DNA of 64,000 nt from Eledone cirrhosa. Taxonomy: Eukaryota. Position numbers and translations under genes: made by a program. Shown here in pieces: positions 1 to 14,915 of this stretch. The notes beneath the pieces were generated by a model, which saw only the letters and a list, made by a program, of their open reading frames with translations, was not told the DNA's origin and made no database searches. The DNA lies in the NCBI GenBank assembly GCA_964016885.1, contig OZ024740.1, positions 346,952,001 to 347,016,000 of the forward strand, given 5' to 3'. Each line of letters begins with the position of its first letter. The stretch's first letter is position 1.

Positions 1-3000
1 TGAATGAGAAAGTTTTTATACTGCCTGGCACTCTATGTTCTACAATATTATGAAATATTGTCAAATATTAATATTATATCAGAGCAGGCTCAACATGTTT
101 ATCCGTTATTTTAAGCCTTATTTGGCCGTTTAACTTTATCTTTCGGCATACGGCAATTGTCAGTTCGAGTCGCACAGGTGACGCTGTCCATATTTGTCCG
201 TCTCTAGAGGCTTATACATTCAACTTATTATTATTAGGAAAAAACCTACTCTGAAGCTGATTGTTTCAAACTAACATATATTCGACGTTTCTAATAGGAT
301 GAACTTTTCTAAATATACGATTTTTTATTTATCTACAAACTGAAAGAAAATGCTTAAAATGATAAATTCATTGTCACTTCGTCTTTTTTTTATGGTAAGT
401 GTGATTTCGAGTCTCATAAGCGACGTTGCCATATTTTCCCGTCTCTCGGGGTTTTCATACCCAAATTGCTAGGCTATTTTTATAGTAAAGAATCTACGTT
501 GAAGCGGTGAACTGAATGCGAATATATATTCAGAATTCGAGAGTGAGAGGAGAAATATACGTGAGTGTATGTACATACATTCAGTAGACACTAGATTTAT
601 ATTTAGCTACTATTACTTTCGGGTTTAAATCGTCATTAGTGATAACAAATACAAACAATATATATGATGCATAGATATTGTTTTCTCACATATGTAATGG
701 ATTGTAAGCATAAGATTATATTGTCAAAATTTACTTTAGTAAAATTGCCATTTAAGAATTGAATAAGACAGTGCGGCAAGACATGTTTTGAATTCATCGT
801 TTTTCCGTCAACTTTACATTTACATAAGCTTGTCGAAATATGCTATGGAGGTCTTGGAAGCAGACTGAATCATATTTTATATTTGCACATGCGCTGCACC
901 AAATGAAGTAAGTCAAGACAGAAATCGAATAATTTGAGATATTTTCATTATATATGTAACATATCAACCTCATGTTTTACGTATAAATCATCATGAAATA
1001 AATACGCATTTAAAAAACTAAACTTAAATTTTATAGATATGCTGCTGTTAAAATTAAACATTCACTATTATAGCATTTTCGCTTTAACATCGGCAAACTC
1101 AGTTAAAAATCGACTGTTGGAGAGAGACTTTCGTGAGAAAAAGCAATTTATTACTTTACACTATTATGGTGGTAGTATTGGACGCAAATTCCATAATAAA
1201 TGTTTATAAATTAAACAAATGAAAGAAACATTTATTGAAAAATAAACTTGTATTCTCGGCTGCGATTGGGTAACGATATAATTTATGGAAACATGTTACA
1301 TGTCAGTTAGTGTCAAATTAGGGTTCAGCAAAATCAATATGAACATGTTCAACTTTCAAAAGTGTGTTGACAAGGATGTTATTTTGAAATTGCTAATAAT
1401 TCATGGTGTTTAAACCTTGGAGGAAATACTAGTAAATTGATAGTGAATAGCAATAATTTTCACAATACAATAAAGAGAGGATTAAATGTTGCAGAACAAC
1501 AATAAAACAGGTATTTGTGTACTGCGCACAATTCCCGATGACATTGCATTCAAATGTACCAAATTTGATTTGATTATTCTCATTCATTACATAATTACAC
1601 TTTGAACCGTTGTTACATTTCTGTTATTATATATGTTATGTTTTTTATTTGCTGGAAATTCAGATTTCCTTCATCTCAACGCCATATATGAAAATCAGGA
1701 CTTTAATGTTCTCACAATTTAGTCGGTGCTATAAAATCGCAACCCGTCTAATATAAAGCTATCGTCTCAATCTTTTAGAAAAGTTGTAAGTCAATAAAAT
1801 ACATTATATTATATAGCTCCCAATACACAGCTGTGCGTTCAAATTCATCTAAGATCATCCGCTTCCATTTATCTTTCATCCCTCTGGTATTGTGCAAAAT
1901 CAATTCCACATATTGAATCATTAAATACTTCGCCATTCGCAAAATACAATATAACATTCGAGAGTAACAAATGTAAATTATGAAACATGAAAAGGCAAAA
2001 TGCCGAAACAGAATGCGGAAAACATTTAAGGTTGTATAGATAAAAGAATATTGAATGAGAAAATGCAGTTATAAATACAAAGAAATACAAAGAAATGCAT
2101 TGAATTTTTCACATGTTTTCCAATTGCTTTTGTGGTGGTTGATGGTGTTGTTGTTGCGGTTATTATTATTATTGCAGTTTGTGTAGCTGATATTTTCTTT
2201 CATATTGTTGTTGCTGTTCTCGATGCTGCTGTTGTTATTGTGATTGTTGTTGTTTGCTTTATGTTATCTCTGGTCAATGAGACCTATGATCAAAGGTGTT
2301 CCAGTCATGAATATCATGTCGATTTTCAGACAAATATTCATATAGTACTACACTATCTAATGGCATTTCGTTGTTTGAATAGGGCATTTGGTTGTTGTTT
2401 CTAGTAGATTATATAATATGAATAATCTTATACTTGAACGCTCCATAATAACATTGGCTTTTCTGTGCCCGGGCAATAAATTGATATCTTGGGACTTGGC
2501 ATAAACACTATTTGAAACGAAATTCCATAATATATTGTTGATTAATGCAACCTTAGGCAGATTGGAACGTTATGTTTTACTTGAGGAAAAAGATATAATT
2601 TACTCACTGTCAATTGCTTGCTATCGTTATATGAGTTTACACCTTCTCAGCGGCGTTGTGAAATGAAATACTTAGTGGTTTAATTGTAAGATATATAGAA
2701 TTGTTTGAAACCCAGAATAGTTGATATATAAGGTGCCCAGGGATCAGGAAAGTATGGAAAAAGACGCAGATATATTATACTTTGACGGGAATTAACAGAG
2801 TCGTTAAAGAGTGTGTTCTCTGTATTCCGAGTTATATTTGCATTTCATCGTTTCATGGTCGTTAAAATAAAGTATCACTGCAGCGTTTGGAATACTGAAA
2901 TTGTTAGTGCATCGGACGAGATGGCATTTGGTATTCCTACATCCACTTTAAATTTGAGAACCTGAGTTCTAGTGTTCAGCATATATATGATTTAACAACA

Positions 3001-3048
3001 CTACCTGCTTATATACAGCAGAGTAGAGAGGTAACCGAGCCTGCATAA

Positions 3049-3119
<71 letters not shown>

Positions 3120-3775
3120 CATTGATTGTAGAGAGAATTAAGCATGTCTATTACAGGTATTGTTATGTAAATTGAAAATAAACATACATATCATTAATTG
3201 ATTTTGGAACTGTTTTGGCTTCTCATCACAGGATAAAAATATTAGCTACACAACCTTTAGAAGCCGCGTAGGTGAGACGATTATATAGTATATCACTTGC
3301 AGTAGTATTACTGATATGAACTTTCTAATTTTCATTCAATAACACCCAGTCAGTAGGTAATTGTGTAATGTATTAAATTGTGCGCTCAACAGCCGAAATA
3401 ATAAATGTATTTCAGATTACATACAATACATATGTAACTGAATCCCCGATAGTTTAAGATCTGTGAATATAGGTATAAATATTTCAAGATATTACATGTG
3501 AGCTTCATATTCAAAATTTAGTCTTGAATTTCCTCCTGGTGAAAATTTCTTTCAAGATATTTTTTACTTGCTCAAATTTTGTTACGTTTTAACAAATACA
3601 TTTATATCGATTGAGACAGTCATGTTGATGTTTAAGCGTGATATAATATCTGGCCTAGTTATATTATATCATTTTTCGAGCCTTTAACATGGGTTTTGTT
3701 AAAACTAATGATTCTAGCATGAGTAGCGGGCTTGTTACACGCAGTCTATGATACCATGCCTTTGTTCTTTTCAAC

Positions 3776-4300
3776 TCTCTAGAACTTTTCTGGTAATTAT
3801 TGCCTTACAAATACCGCAAGCGTTTTCCAAAAGCTCTACTGGACATTCTATATGTTCCATGCAATATATTTTTATACTATCCTGAAGCCTCCAACGGCTC
3901 CATTTTCACCATATCAATTTTCCACAGTCGGGCTATCTCGTATTTAGGAGAATTGAACACTCCTTTCTCGCCTTCTTTTTAACTATCAATGGTTCAAATG
4001 GGCATGAAACGTCAGCTACAAAACGCACATGATTTACTTTGTCCACAACAACTAAATCACTTTTTCTGTGAGCAAGTACTCGGTCCATTTGAATTGGGAA
4101 ATCACAAAGGATTTTGTAAGTGTGCGCCACATTTGTGATCGGACACTTTTCAAACAGTTTCCTCTGAAAAGGTTTTGTCCCCCTCATCATGTTTCCAAAT
4201 TCTAGGTTATCATCGGAAAAAAAATGACGTTGGTGGGTCCCGAATACTTGTCCGATGAATACTTGGAGGAGGGCTACCGAGTCACAGCTCATCCAACTTC
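3776..4300 (-). mobile_element. Decayed 3' end of an R4/Dong-like non-LTR retrotransposon (restriction-like endonuclease domain)
   Basis: ORF 3933-4292 reads KILCDFPIQMDRVLAHRKSDLVVVDK...VADVSCPFE, matching the KILWDFxIQTDRxIxHRRPDIVVVDK...IDVACPFD motif of RLE LINEs. After a frameshift it continues EIARLWK...IITRKVLE. Confidence 0.8.
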
Positions 4301-4447
4301 CACATTGTCACTTAACAGTTTCTCACTAATGTGTATAAGCAGTCCTATCAACTCGTTTTTGGATGACCGTTGATTTTCCTGAGTTTCTCTATCCTACAGA
4401 TATTTTCTACCTCTACACACACACATATATATATATGTATATATGTG

Positions 4448-4520
<73 letters not shown>

Positions 4521-4622
4521 AGATAAGCAGAACAAGTAAAATTCAACCAATTTTTCAAAATAAATCAAAATTAATTTACAATTAAAATTAATCAAAATTA
4601 AAAAATATAATATAAATATTTA

Positions 4623-4716
<94 letters not shown>

Positions 4717-6814
4717 GATTGAATTATTTTTCCCATATCTTACGTTAAATATTTTTCCATGTTGATGTTATAGTCACTTATATATATATGAATTACTGTT
4801 GGCTTTTTGCTCACATTAAATCGTATTTATACACATGGAATCACACCTATACACCTATAACTCACGGGTGTAGATCTAAATAATTATCATATTTTTCCTC
4901 CACCTCAAGCACAGTATTCTTCAACGTGAACGCTGAACACGTTTAATTACATGTATATCTATGTGTATGTATGGATGGACGTATGAATGAATGGATGGAT
5001 AGATGGATAGATATATAGATGGACGGAAGGAATAATGGGTGGATGGATGGATGTGAGTCTGTCACTATTTTAATTATATTTGTGCTTTCATGTTGTTTTT
5101 GTAAATCTGATTGTGTGCACCCGCGTTTTTGTGTATTGTGTGTGCAATGTGCTAAGGTCAAGTGAGAGCGCCATGAAAGAAGACATAGTCAGTTGTGTTC
5201 GTCAACACTTAACACGAAGCAAAACAGGCTGGTTCTTCGATATGCTTATACAACGATCTGTTTTACACGATTCTAGTGGTTAGTTATGGAAAATAGCTGC
5301 AGGACATGGCCGAAGCAAGCAGCATCGTGTAGCGTGGTGTTGTTTATTTGTACTTCTAAAATAAGGATGTGAACTGCAAAGATATTATCGTTGGGGGAAG
5401 TTGAAGATTGAGGAGAATGAATTGTTTGATAGCTCGGAGTAGAAGAGTAAGAAAGAAAGAATGACAAATATGAAGAACAAATAAAGATTATGAAGACAAA
5501 GGTGGCGAAGAAATAAATAAGAATAACTAAAAAGAACAACGAAATTATAGAGAATGAACAAATAATGGAATAAAGGGGAAAGCAGGGGTGCGGTTAGAGA
5601 AAGACGACAGTGCTCTGATAGAAGAATAAAAGTAGATGTGAAGGGAAGTGTAATGTTTATCGGTAGCTATAATGTGTGCATAGATACGTAAATGTGTAGA
5701 TGATAATTGAGATAAACGCTTACAAGTAAAATATAAGAGAGATAATAAGAGAGTGGGTGAAAGGTGCAGAATTTAGAGAGGATCAACATGCAATGTAAAA
5801 GCCTGGTAGTGAAAGCGGGACAAAGAGATGAAATACAAAATCTTTGAGAGGAAGAAATTGATAAAAAGTGAGCGAGAGAGAAGGAGGAATAGAGAAGAGA
5901 GAGGGAGAGAATGAGGGAGAGATAACAAGAAAGAGTGTGTGTGTGTGTGGGGGGGGGGGGGTTAATAACTAAAGAAATGATGAGAAACAGCGTCAAAGAT
6001 GAAGAGGAATGAAGATTGAGAATATCAAGGACAACCACAATTCATCAGAACATAAACGAAATAGTACAAAGTTTTTGATATGTTCACGCTCAAATAAGAA
6101 AAATCAACTCAAGATGAACATAAGGTTAATGTATCAGTCAGTCAAGACAAGAATGAACATTATTGATTCATTCATATGCTTCACTTTAAGATAAGATATT
6201 ATTTTAATACACTAGGGATATGCCAAAACAAACAGCGCCCTGCAAAATTGGTCTCCATGCTACATTTCACGTTAGCGTAAAATCTAAGTTGCTTTTTGTT
6301 TTACTTTTCACTAACACAACCAATATAAGACAGACTAAGTAAAATACATGTTATAATTGAAAATCACTTTCATTCATACAGAATATTCGTGGCCACGAAG
6401 CACATCTGCTGCTTTAAAAAAAAGATTTATACATCAGAGCGCATTTTCTGTTTTCTAAATACATCAATTTGTTAATATTGCTGAAGATGTCTTCTTACTT
6501 GCTTATTTTTAGATTTTAAAAATGACACGAAATAGTTTTAAATTAGTAAATGTGGTGTAGACTGCAGTTAAATAATTATCTGTCACCAGAAAAACTGGTG
6601 ATGGTGAGAATTACACAAAAAAACATACCGCATAGTCTTTCACTTGGGTTAACAAGGGACGCGTTTAGGCTTCGAGTAAGGGGCCTGTTCGAAAACTATA
6701 TTGCAATCTCCATTTCAAAAACTGACAATGGGTCTTTACTCTTTCCTGGGAGGTGTGTGATGGACCACAATTATTGCATATCTCGAGACCCTAAAGTGGG
6801 TTCGGAAGGGAGCA

Positions 6815-7935
6815 AATCATGACAATTCAAACCTGTAACCTCACAAGCCTTACAAATAAAAAGCAGGAACTAATGGAGCGGGCTAGATGCTCCCGGCTAG
6901 ATTTAGTTCGGAGTTTCCTCAATAAAGTTCCGTGGCTGTAGATTTGGATGGAAGGTAAAAACTCCACCATTAGGAGTGCCGCCAGAAATTACTCTACATG
7001 CGGGGGAAGGGATGCCCAGACTGTCAGAATGGAGGGAGGATTTACTTCTTGAAGCTTAGGCTGAAAGATAGTTCTCTGGGGGCGATATAAGTTTATGCGG
7101 CAAATAAGGAGTCCGAATACAGATCCTTCATTGATGAAGTCCTCGCAGCGTTAGATGTGCTTACGATTGAGTTATATATCTTGATGGGAGACAAAACGCA
7201 GATGTTGGCACAGACCACCTGACATTGAAATATGTGATTGGAAGCTCTTATTATACTTCTGCTCTAGCAATGATATCTGTATTATGAACACTTTCCAGCA
7301 CAGAGTTATCCATAAATATACATGGTATAAGGGGAATCAGGAACAGAAATCAATAACTGATTTGTTATTGTTTCTGATCTCTTCTATTCTGTCCTAGATG
7401 TTAATTTTAAGAGAGGGGTTGAGCTGTCAACTGATCAACAGGTAATTAACTATCTAATGCCAAAGACTACCTAAAGCCAAATAAGCTAAAAATTTGACAG
7501 ATCCATGGCGACCTACAGGATATAGGGGGAAGCGTTTGTGGATAAGAAAATCAGGACCAGGTATACAGATAATATTGCCTCCAAATTTAGTGAACACCCT
7601 GAAGAAACTGGGGACTTTGAGGCAGAGGAGAGATTATTCAGCTCACGAGGTTTTCCTCAGCTGTTAAAGCTGCGGGCGAAAGAGGCTTAGTTTGACGTCG
7701 GATGGTTCAATCAAGAAGTCAAAGATGCCATCCAAGCAGAGAAGGAGACCTATAAATTTCACCTGAAATAAGTCTTCCTTTTTGCAGTTGCGGTAGAACC
7801 AGGCACGAAGAATTGCAGCAGAGGCAGTAAAGACGTCAAAAGTTAAAATATGAGAGGACTTTGGGGTTAAGCTGGTACCCGACATCAGATCAGCAAATAA
7901 ATTGTCCTGGCAGACCATCCACCGACTTCGTAATA
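6815..7935 (+). mobile_element. Decayed RTE-clade LINE fragment (AP endonuclease region, Rex3/Expander-like)
   Basis: Broken frames read TCNLTSLTNKKQELMERAR..., IMNTFQHRVIHKYTWY...KSITDFVIVSDL...VLDV..KRGVELSTDQQV and WQTIHRLR, typical of RTE APE domains; many stops and frameshifts. Confidence 0.8.
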
Positions 7936-8919
7936 AGTAGTCGTCATCCAGACTTGCTATCTGAGTTCGAGAATAACTACTAGAAACAAACCCAAAGAAT
8001 ATCTAGGATGTTTTTTGAATAATAATCAGAGTGCACTCTGCAACGAAACTAACACTACGTCCAATTTGAGGCCAAATTTGTATCTGTTACAGCACACTAT
8101 GCAGAGGGCAGTGAAAGATATGTAGGTATGGTGTACCATGGAGTTAAAAAAATGATTCTGCGTATATGTCTTGTCCTTTCAAATCCATGAGATAAAAACC
8201 AATAAGGCCCTTGCAAAAGGAGTCTGGATTTAAAGGACAATGCATATCCCACATAATAAATTCATTTTGCATCCTTGAGAACTATAGAGTTTTATAGGTT
8301 TAGAAGTCATCTAACATCGTAAACACAAAGAACGATGTTTTCATTAATTACATGCATCTGAAGTTATCTTAAAACTTACTTTCCCCATGGAACAGAAACT
8401 GTACCGAATAAGCAGTTCTCATAGGCAGAAGTGCTACATCTATCATAAATTCCCCATATCTAACACACTGCAATGGAAGACACTATTTTATTCTCTTTCT
8501 TCCAGACGTTACATGAATCTAAAAATGGGGTCTACTTATTCAAAGCAAACCAACATATACACAGGCTAACAATTTTAAAACATCACAAAATATCATCCCT
8601 AGCTTCTCAAGAACACACAAGCGTCTCCTCCATTTAACTATTGACTGATATATTCATCGGTTTATGTTCATACGAAGTCCCATTAGCTATCTTGCCTTTA
8701 AAACTGATGATAGGTATGGACCATTCTGCATTCTGCACTGTCGGGCACAGTCTGTAGATGCTTTCTGCGTATATATTTTTATACCTAATGTAGCATCATA
8801 AATATTACTTGTATGAATCATAATAAATTAGCTATCTTTCATTAAATACAGCTTTCTTTTCCTTTTTCCTTCCTGCGAACCTTTTCGCTACATAAACTCA
8901 TACATACACACACTGAGAC

Positions 8920-8985
<66 letters not shown>

Positions 8986-9965
8986 TCAGAGACGATTACA
9001 AGTGTAAAGAATTATAAAGAAATAAATATTTAAATTATATTTATAATTCAGTTACACATCAAAACCTTTTGCCATTTTTTCGTATTCCTGTTATTCAGAA
9101 ACTATAACTAATATCTAAAATTGTAGATTTGTCTTTTAAATGACTTTCAAGGCTCCTTCGATTTCAGAGCAAATCCTTTTCCTACTTCAAAACACTTATT
9201 AATCGTTAACTATACAACACCTTTCTTAAGCATTTCACGATTCTTTTCTAATTAGTGGTTTTGTAGCCTGTTTTGCTTTCGGGCATTTCTATGTATTAAA
9301 GTAGGAGACTACGTTCAATTTGAATATAAAGCAAGTTGTCAAGTTCTGAGAATATTTGTGATGCATTATTTTATATTATATTTATTATCACATTAATATT
9401 AGATGATGCTTGAATGCATCCGAATTAGTATACGTATTAATATACGTTATACTATCTAGTCACTCGCACGTCTGCACAAATTATATTACTAAATTAGAAC
9501 ATACCACATAAAGAAGCTATCAAAACATATCTTACATAGTCATAAATAATAGTTTGTGATAATTTTCCGAATCAGTAATGAATATGAGCAGCAAATGAGG
9601 TGTCACTAACTTAAACTCTGTAACAAGCTCAGCGGTGAGTTCCCAATCAAAACTATTATCCTTCATGTAACCCATTCTAGCTTGATACACCACTCTGTAA
9701 ACGGCAAAATCTATAAAAAGCTGGTGTTTCTTACATTCGCTCGCACAATCCATTTACTCTACCCATTAGGAAAATGCTTTGATAGAGGTTGAACATCATT
9801 TAAAAAAAATTATCTGAGTACTTGGATTCTTCGTAGATTTTCTTCTTTATTTTCCCCACCCAAATTAATTAAACATCTCTAAAGCCCGTGGATTTGACAG
9901 ATGCTACCAATTGACTGCCAAATTCAGCGTGCCAAACGAATATATGAATGTGCATGTATTTATGT

Positions 9966-10002
<37 letters not shown>

Positions 10003-10271
10003 AGAGGCAAGCACGAACGTAGGGTAATTTCCCTCCATTACATAGATATACGTTTGTGGTTGTGTTGGGGGGGGGGTGAGCGTGTGTAATAAGAGAGGAA
10101 ACACTGATCTGATTACATTTCGCTCATTTAAAGGGCTCAAAATCGTATCCTGATTTGTAGAATTTCCCTGTATCTTAGTTAACCACCCATAAACTTTCTC
10201 CATATATGTGGATCTAGATTATGGGGTGAATATATACATATATATATATATGCATATATATATATATATAA

Positions 10272-10342
<71 letters not shown>

Positions 10343-10734
10343 AATCGATACAATAATTACATTGTTTTGGCTGGGATATTGTATTACTATACTCCTTTGC
10401 GTAAGATCCAAACGATTTTGTTGAGTAAATCGTAAACAAGCTCGATATCACTGCATATCGATCGAAACCCTTCTCATTATAATTAATTTCTAAAGTTCTT
10501 TCTTGAATTATGGCCAAATATTTCATATTGTTGACGTCATGCGGTTTTTAAACATTAACGCCAACCGCACGCAGTCGGATACTATTAATGTCATTATATA
10601 ACGTGAGATACCGGCACCGAACTGAATACCTAGTTGCAAGGACATTTTTCAGAAATCTTTCATAGGACTGCTGGCTGATGAAAATTCCTTCGTGCAGAAC
10701 TTGTTAGTTGTGTATTTATTATTAATAGCTCATT

Positions 10735-10926
10735 GGGCGTTGGATTGGCAGTATCAGTGGAGGGTCGGACGCCATGCTTTCCAGCATAGAGTTACGGCCC
10801 TTTACGATCTGAGTTTAAATCCCGCCGAGGTTAACTTTGCCTTTCATCCTACGGGGTCGATACAATAAAGTACCAGTAATATACTGTGTATTTGCTGGCC
10901 TAGTGCCAAAAGTAGAAACAATTATT
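10735..10926 (+). mobile_element. tRNA-derived SINE, family S1, full length
   Basis: A-box-like TGGCAGTATCAGT, B-box-like GAGTTTAAATCCC, body ending gccaaaagtagaaacaatt. TSD attattaatagc at 10718-10729 and 10921-10932. About 10 homologues in the window. Confidence 0.85.
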
Positions 10927-11216
10927 AATAGCCGATTCTCCACAGAAATTGAAATAGCTTAGATGTGGATTTTTGCAGTCCGGCGGAATTTTGTGTGGTA
11001 AAAAAGGAGGAAATTACCTCTTTCAATCGATGAAAAGTTGAGTACTTTGACGTTTTCAAGTTTATCAGTCGATACAATAATTAACTTCTTTTCATAGCTT
11101 TAGGCCTCTGACCGGGATGGTGTACTACAATTACTTCTTTCCGCATGGTCCAAACAAATTTGTTGTGCAAATTGAAAGCAAGAAGCAAGATCGAAATCAC
11201 TGGATCTATACCCTTA

Positions 11217-11252
<36 letters not shown>

Positions 11253-11259
<7 letters not shown>

Positions 11260-11799
11260 TATGTACACGTACATACATATATGTATACAGACGTACAGTA
11301 GTATGCATACATATATATATATACATGCACACATATATATATATATATGTACGTATGGATTCACCGAACATTTATTGTAATGCTCGGTGTGTTTGTAAAC
11401 AAACATACCGTATTAAGCCGTAGTGTCTAGCAACCATCTTTGCTCATTTGTTCAACACTGACAAAGGAACGCTGTACTAATTTCAGGCTTATTAGCTATC
11501 GTCACGACAGCTAATAAGCTTGAAACTAGTACAGCGTTCCTTTGTCAGTGTTGAACAAATGAGCAAAGATGGTTGCTAGACACTACGGCTTAATACGGTA
11601 TGTTTGTTTACAAACACACCGAGCATTACAATAAATGTTCGGTGAATCCATATGTACATATATATATGTGTGCATGTATGTATATATGTATGCATACTAT
11701 TGTACGTCTGTATACATATATGTATGTACGTGTACATACTTATATTTAAGTAACAGCCGTACTAAGAGTGGGAAATGAAATTTCGTTTCATTTTTTCCG

Positions 11800-11800
<1 letters not shown>
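11253..11800. repeat. Fold-back palindrome (about 245-bp arms, apex 11503) of HHR repeat family A
   Basis: 11253-11502 is the near-perfect reverse complement of 11504-11745. Homologous to 42283-43598. Both arms carry the HHR 3' half (agct-aata-agct-t-GAAA-ctag-ta). Confidence 0.9.
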
Positions 11801-11834
<34 letters not shown>

Positions 11835-11842
<8 letters not shown>

Positions 11843-12200
11843 TGCAAACTCTGCTAAGTGTATTGCAATCGCTTGTCAAATTATAGACAATGGCACACCT
11901 TTAGGCTATGGCCAGCCACATGAAGCTGTAACATAACATGAACAAGCAATGCCTGTGCTTTGAAGGTTTTTAAAGTGGGGAAAGGACATGCACTCGACCA
12001 ATTCCACTCTCTGAGCATCGGAATCATTACCCGAAAAGAAGAACGTACCAATATCAACGGATGCTTCCGAGCCACAGGTTTTTTTTTTTATTTCAGAGTT
12101 TCCCTCTCTTAGTAAGTTGTTGTGAAAACTGGGGGCCTTTCACTCCCAGGTGAAAAAAAAGTACTATTTGGATGGCCATTGACTCTGCTGAGTATGCAGG
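11835..12200 (-). mobile_element. Probable LINE 5' fragment sharing a motif with 58478-58660
   Basis: Shares ttgactctgctgagt with 58483-58497; GC-richer than its flanks. Family assignment is tentative. Confidence 0.3.
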
Positions 12201-12626
12201 TTCGTACGTATGTTGGGTGTGTGTATATGTGTACTTTGTGTTTTGGTTAACGTTTAGCGAACATATGTGTATTTACATGTAGGTATGTGTGTGCGCGCGT
12301 TATATACGTGTGTATATTTATATACGTTTATATAATTATTTGTATACACGCACACACACACATATATATATATTTGTATGTGTATTTGGTGTATACGCTC
12401 GTATGTGTGCGGGTTCAGGCGTGGCGTGAGTTCTGTATGTGCGTGCGTGGTTTTTTTGTGTACGTGCTTGTATTTGAATACCCATGGCGGGTGTTTTCGC
12501 GTATGCATGTGTATGTACGTATACGGATGCATGCATGTATATATTTAATTTTTGTTGATTTCAATTACCTCTGTAATTTATTTACATTATTCTTAACTCT
12601 GAAGCCTAGTTTCATTCGGTTTCCTA

Positions 12627-13040
12627 AATAGAATTTGAGTCTACGACTTGAGTTATACCATAAACGTGGTTTTGTCTTTGCTTATAATTGTCTTCGCGCC
12701 CACATAATGACGTATTATCTTCGTTTTTTCCGTTCATTGCCAGAGAACGTATCCACGAACCACCTAATAGAATTTTTGTCTACGACTTCTTTTATACCAT
12801 AAACGTGGTTTTGTCTTTGCGTGTAATTGTCTTCGCGCTCCACATAATAACGTATTATCTTCGTTTTTCTGTTCATTGCCTGAGAACGTCTCTATGAACC
12901 ACTTAATAGAATATTAGTCTACGACTTCATTTATACCATAAACGGGGTTTTGTCTTTGCGTGAAATTGTTTTCACCGCTCCTAATTATGACGTATTATCT
13001 TCTTTTTTTTTCCCGTTCTTTGCCAAGGAACGTTTCCACA
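12627..13040. repeat. Tandem repeat, 139-bp unit, about 3 copies
   Basis: gtctacgactt recurs at 12639, 12778 and 12917 with collinear flanks. Confidence 0.9.
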
Positions 13041-14651
13041 AAACAAAGTATCGTATTCGTGTCTTCCCTCGGTTGCAAAGTTTTTCGAAATATTTACTTC
13101 TGCGTTCACAGATTGATATTTATAATTTCAGAAGATTCCGTTAAGGGTGAAAGCAGCGATTCTTTGCTTAAACTTTAATCTGTTATTTTAATAAATATTG
13201 GCCCTACGGTTCTTATATATTTGATATATCGAGCCCTCCTTGGATTTTAGTCTTCTAATATATTATTATTACTATATATATATATAACGGACGGGCAATT
13301 GTCGTAGAATGATGCTGAATCTTCATTCTAATTCACAATTCTCATTAAAATGCCCTAAAGCTTTTCTTATCTTAATCTTTTTCTTGAATGTGGGAGTGAT
13401 ATCTGCGAGTGGAGTGCCAGAAAACAGACGAGCGTTAAGTTTATATTATAAATATATTGCATAATTGCATTACCGTTTTGATATGCTTAGCTTTTGAGTA
13501 TGTTTTCTTAAAATAAATCCGAGAATACCGGTATCGAATTTAAGATTATAGTATTCTTTATCAGAGTAAAATGTTGTTATTTTCTTAGCCTTTAATTTCG
13601 ACCGATCGGAGACAATGACCAGGCAAGGAACACCAGCAGCACACAGGCATAATGCAGGCGGCTGTCAGGGAACACAGGAAAGAATGTTTGTGTACGGAAC
13701 TCCAGCGGAGACAGGCTGCAGGAGGTTGAGAGCGAATAATCGGAGACAATGCAAGTAGGCACTTCGATCAGTAGGTAAACATATATATATATATATATGG
13801 GGTGGGGTGTATATATATATATAACATACATTACATATATGGGGGCAGGGTATGCATGTATGTATACATGCATGCAAAGCATATATGTATATATCATAAG
13901 CGCACACTTACGTGTCTTCGCATACACGCACATATTACAGAATTGTGTATGAAAAAGATAAATAAAAAAAGAAGAAAATATTTCTAAAAAAATAATAATG
14001 TTCTAATACAAAAATGAAGTAAAATTAAAATTAGCTTTCACTGACAGAAAAAATTGCATTGACCTATGCCTGGGCGCTAACCAAAATTTATACGATGGGT
14101 ATAGTGTGATCCCCTCATTCACCAATGTATTGTTAGTAAACTGACATAGTCAGGAATTTGTGAAACCTTATTCGAAAATCAAGAACTGGATGGAACATAG
14201 GAACTTTTACAAAGACCAAGTTTATTCCACACGAGCAGATGTACTTCGTTATAGTGTGCAAAGCCATTGTCACCCAATTACTGGAAACCGAACGGACACT
14301 CTACGAAAATGTCCTGTGTGAGAAACTAACGACCCAACCGGATACTGAGAAAATATTTATAAAATTTACATTTCCCAATGACAATGTGAACTTAGATTGA
14401 TGAAAAACGATTGTTGGTCAAACGTATCTGAAGAGGCACAAACTGCAGTTATTCGTAAGGTTAGTTGTAATGTTATGCTTTATTAAGGCAATCATTTGGT
14501 CCTCAATCATCTTTCTGTGCCGCTGTGCAACTGAGTGACGATGTAATTCTCTAAAGAGACCCAGAGAACTTTATGAATAGCTGAAAAGAGTATTTTACAA
14601 TCATTCTGTTATCTTTGATGTTATAGAGAATCTGGTCAGCATTATATAAAA

Positions 14652-14915
14652 CTTGCTGACGTACCCACCTTCGCCCGAGTAAACAGATGATAAGAGAAAA
14701 CAGGTAAAAGAGAAAATGAGTGGACTGTATTAGATGTGTGTCTAGTTTACAGAATGAGGGCAGACAGTGGTGTGTGTGTGTGTGTGTGTGTGTCTGACAA
14801 AAAAGAAAAAAACAGTGAAAAATATTCAGATACACCAGATTCGGCGTTTTACCATTCGTGCATAGTATATGAAGATTTCTAGGTGTTTCCACACGTGAAA
14901 AACCTATATATAGAG
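14652..14915 (-). mobile_element. Helitron 3' terminal fragment (copy 1)
   Basis: Minus strand encodes FSRVETPRNLHIL...GKTPNLVY (PIF1 helicase C-terminus), then (CA)n, a degenerate GC hairpin and a CAAG|T end (degenerate CTAG). Homologous to 16231-16510. Confidence 0.7.

Noticed and set aside
160-530. Diverged direct duplication (about 160-285 vs 400-530)
   Set aside because: Old and low identity, with no diagnostic termini or function.
10735-10825. tRNA gene
   Set aside because: The A/B boxes belong to a SINE head; there is no cloverleaf, and it is followed by the SINE body and TSD.
13590-13775. GC-rich island with AG/GT borders as an exon
   Set aside because: All three frames hit stops before the donor and there is no recognisable protein; more likely a transposon relic.
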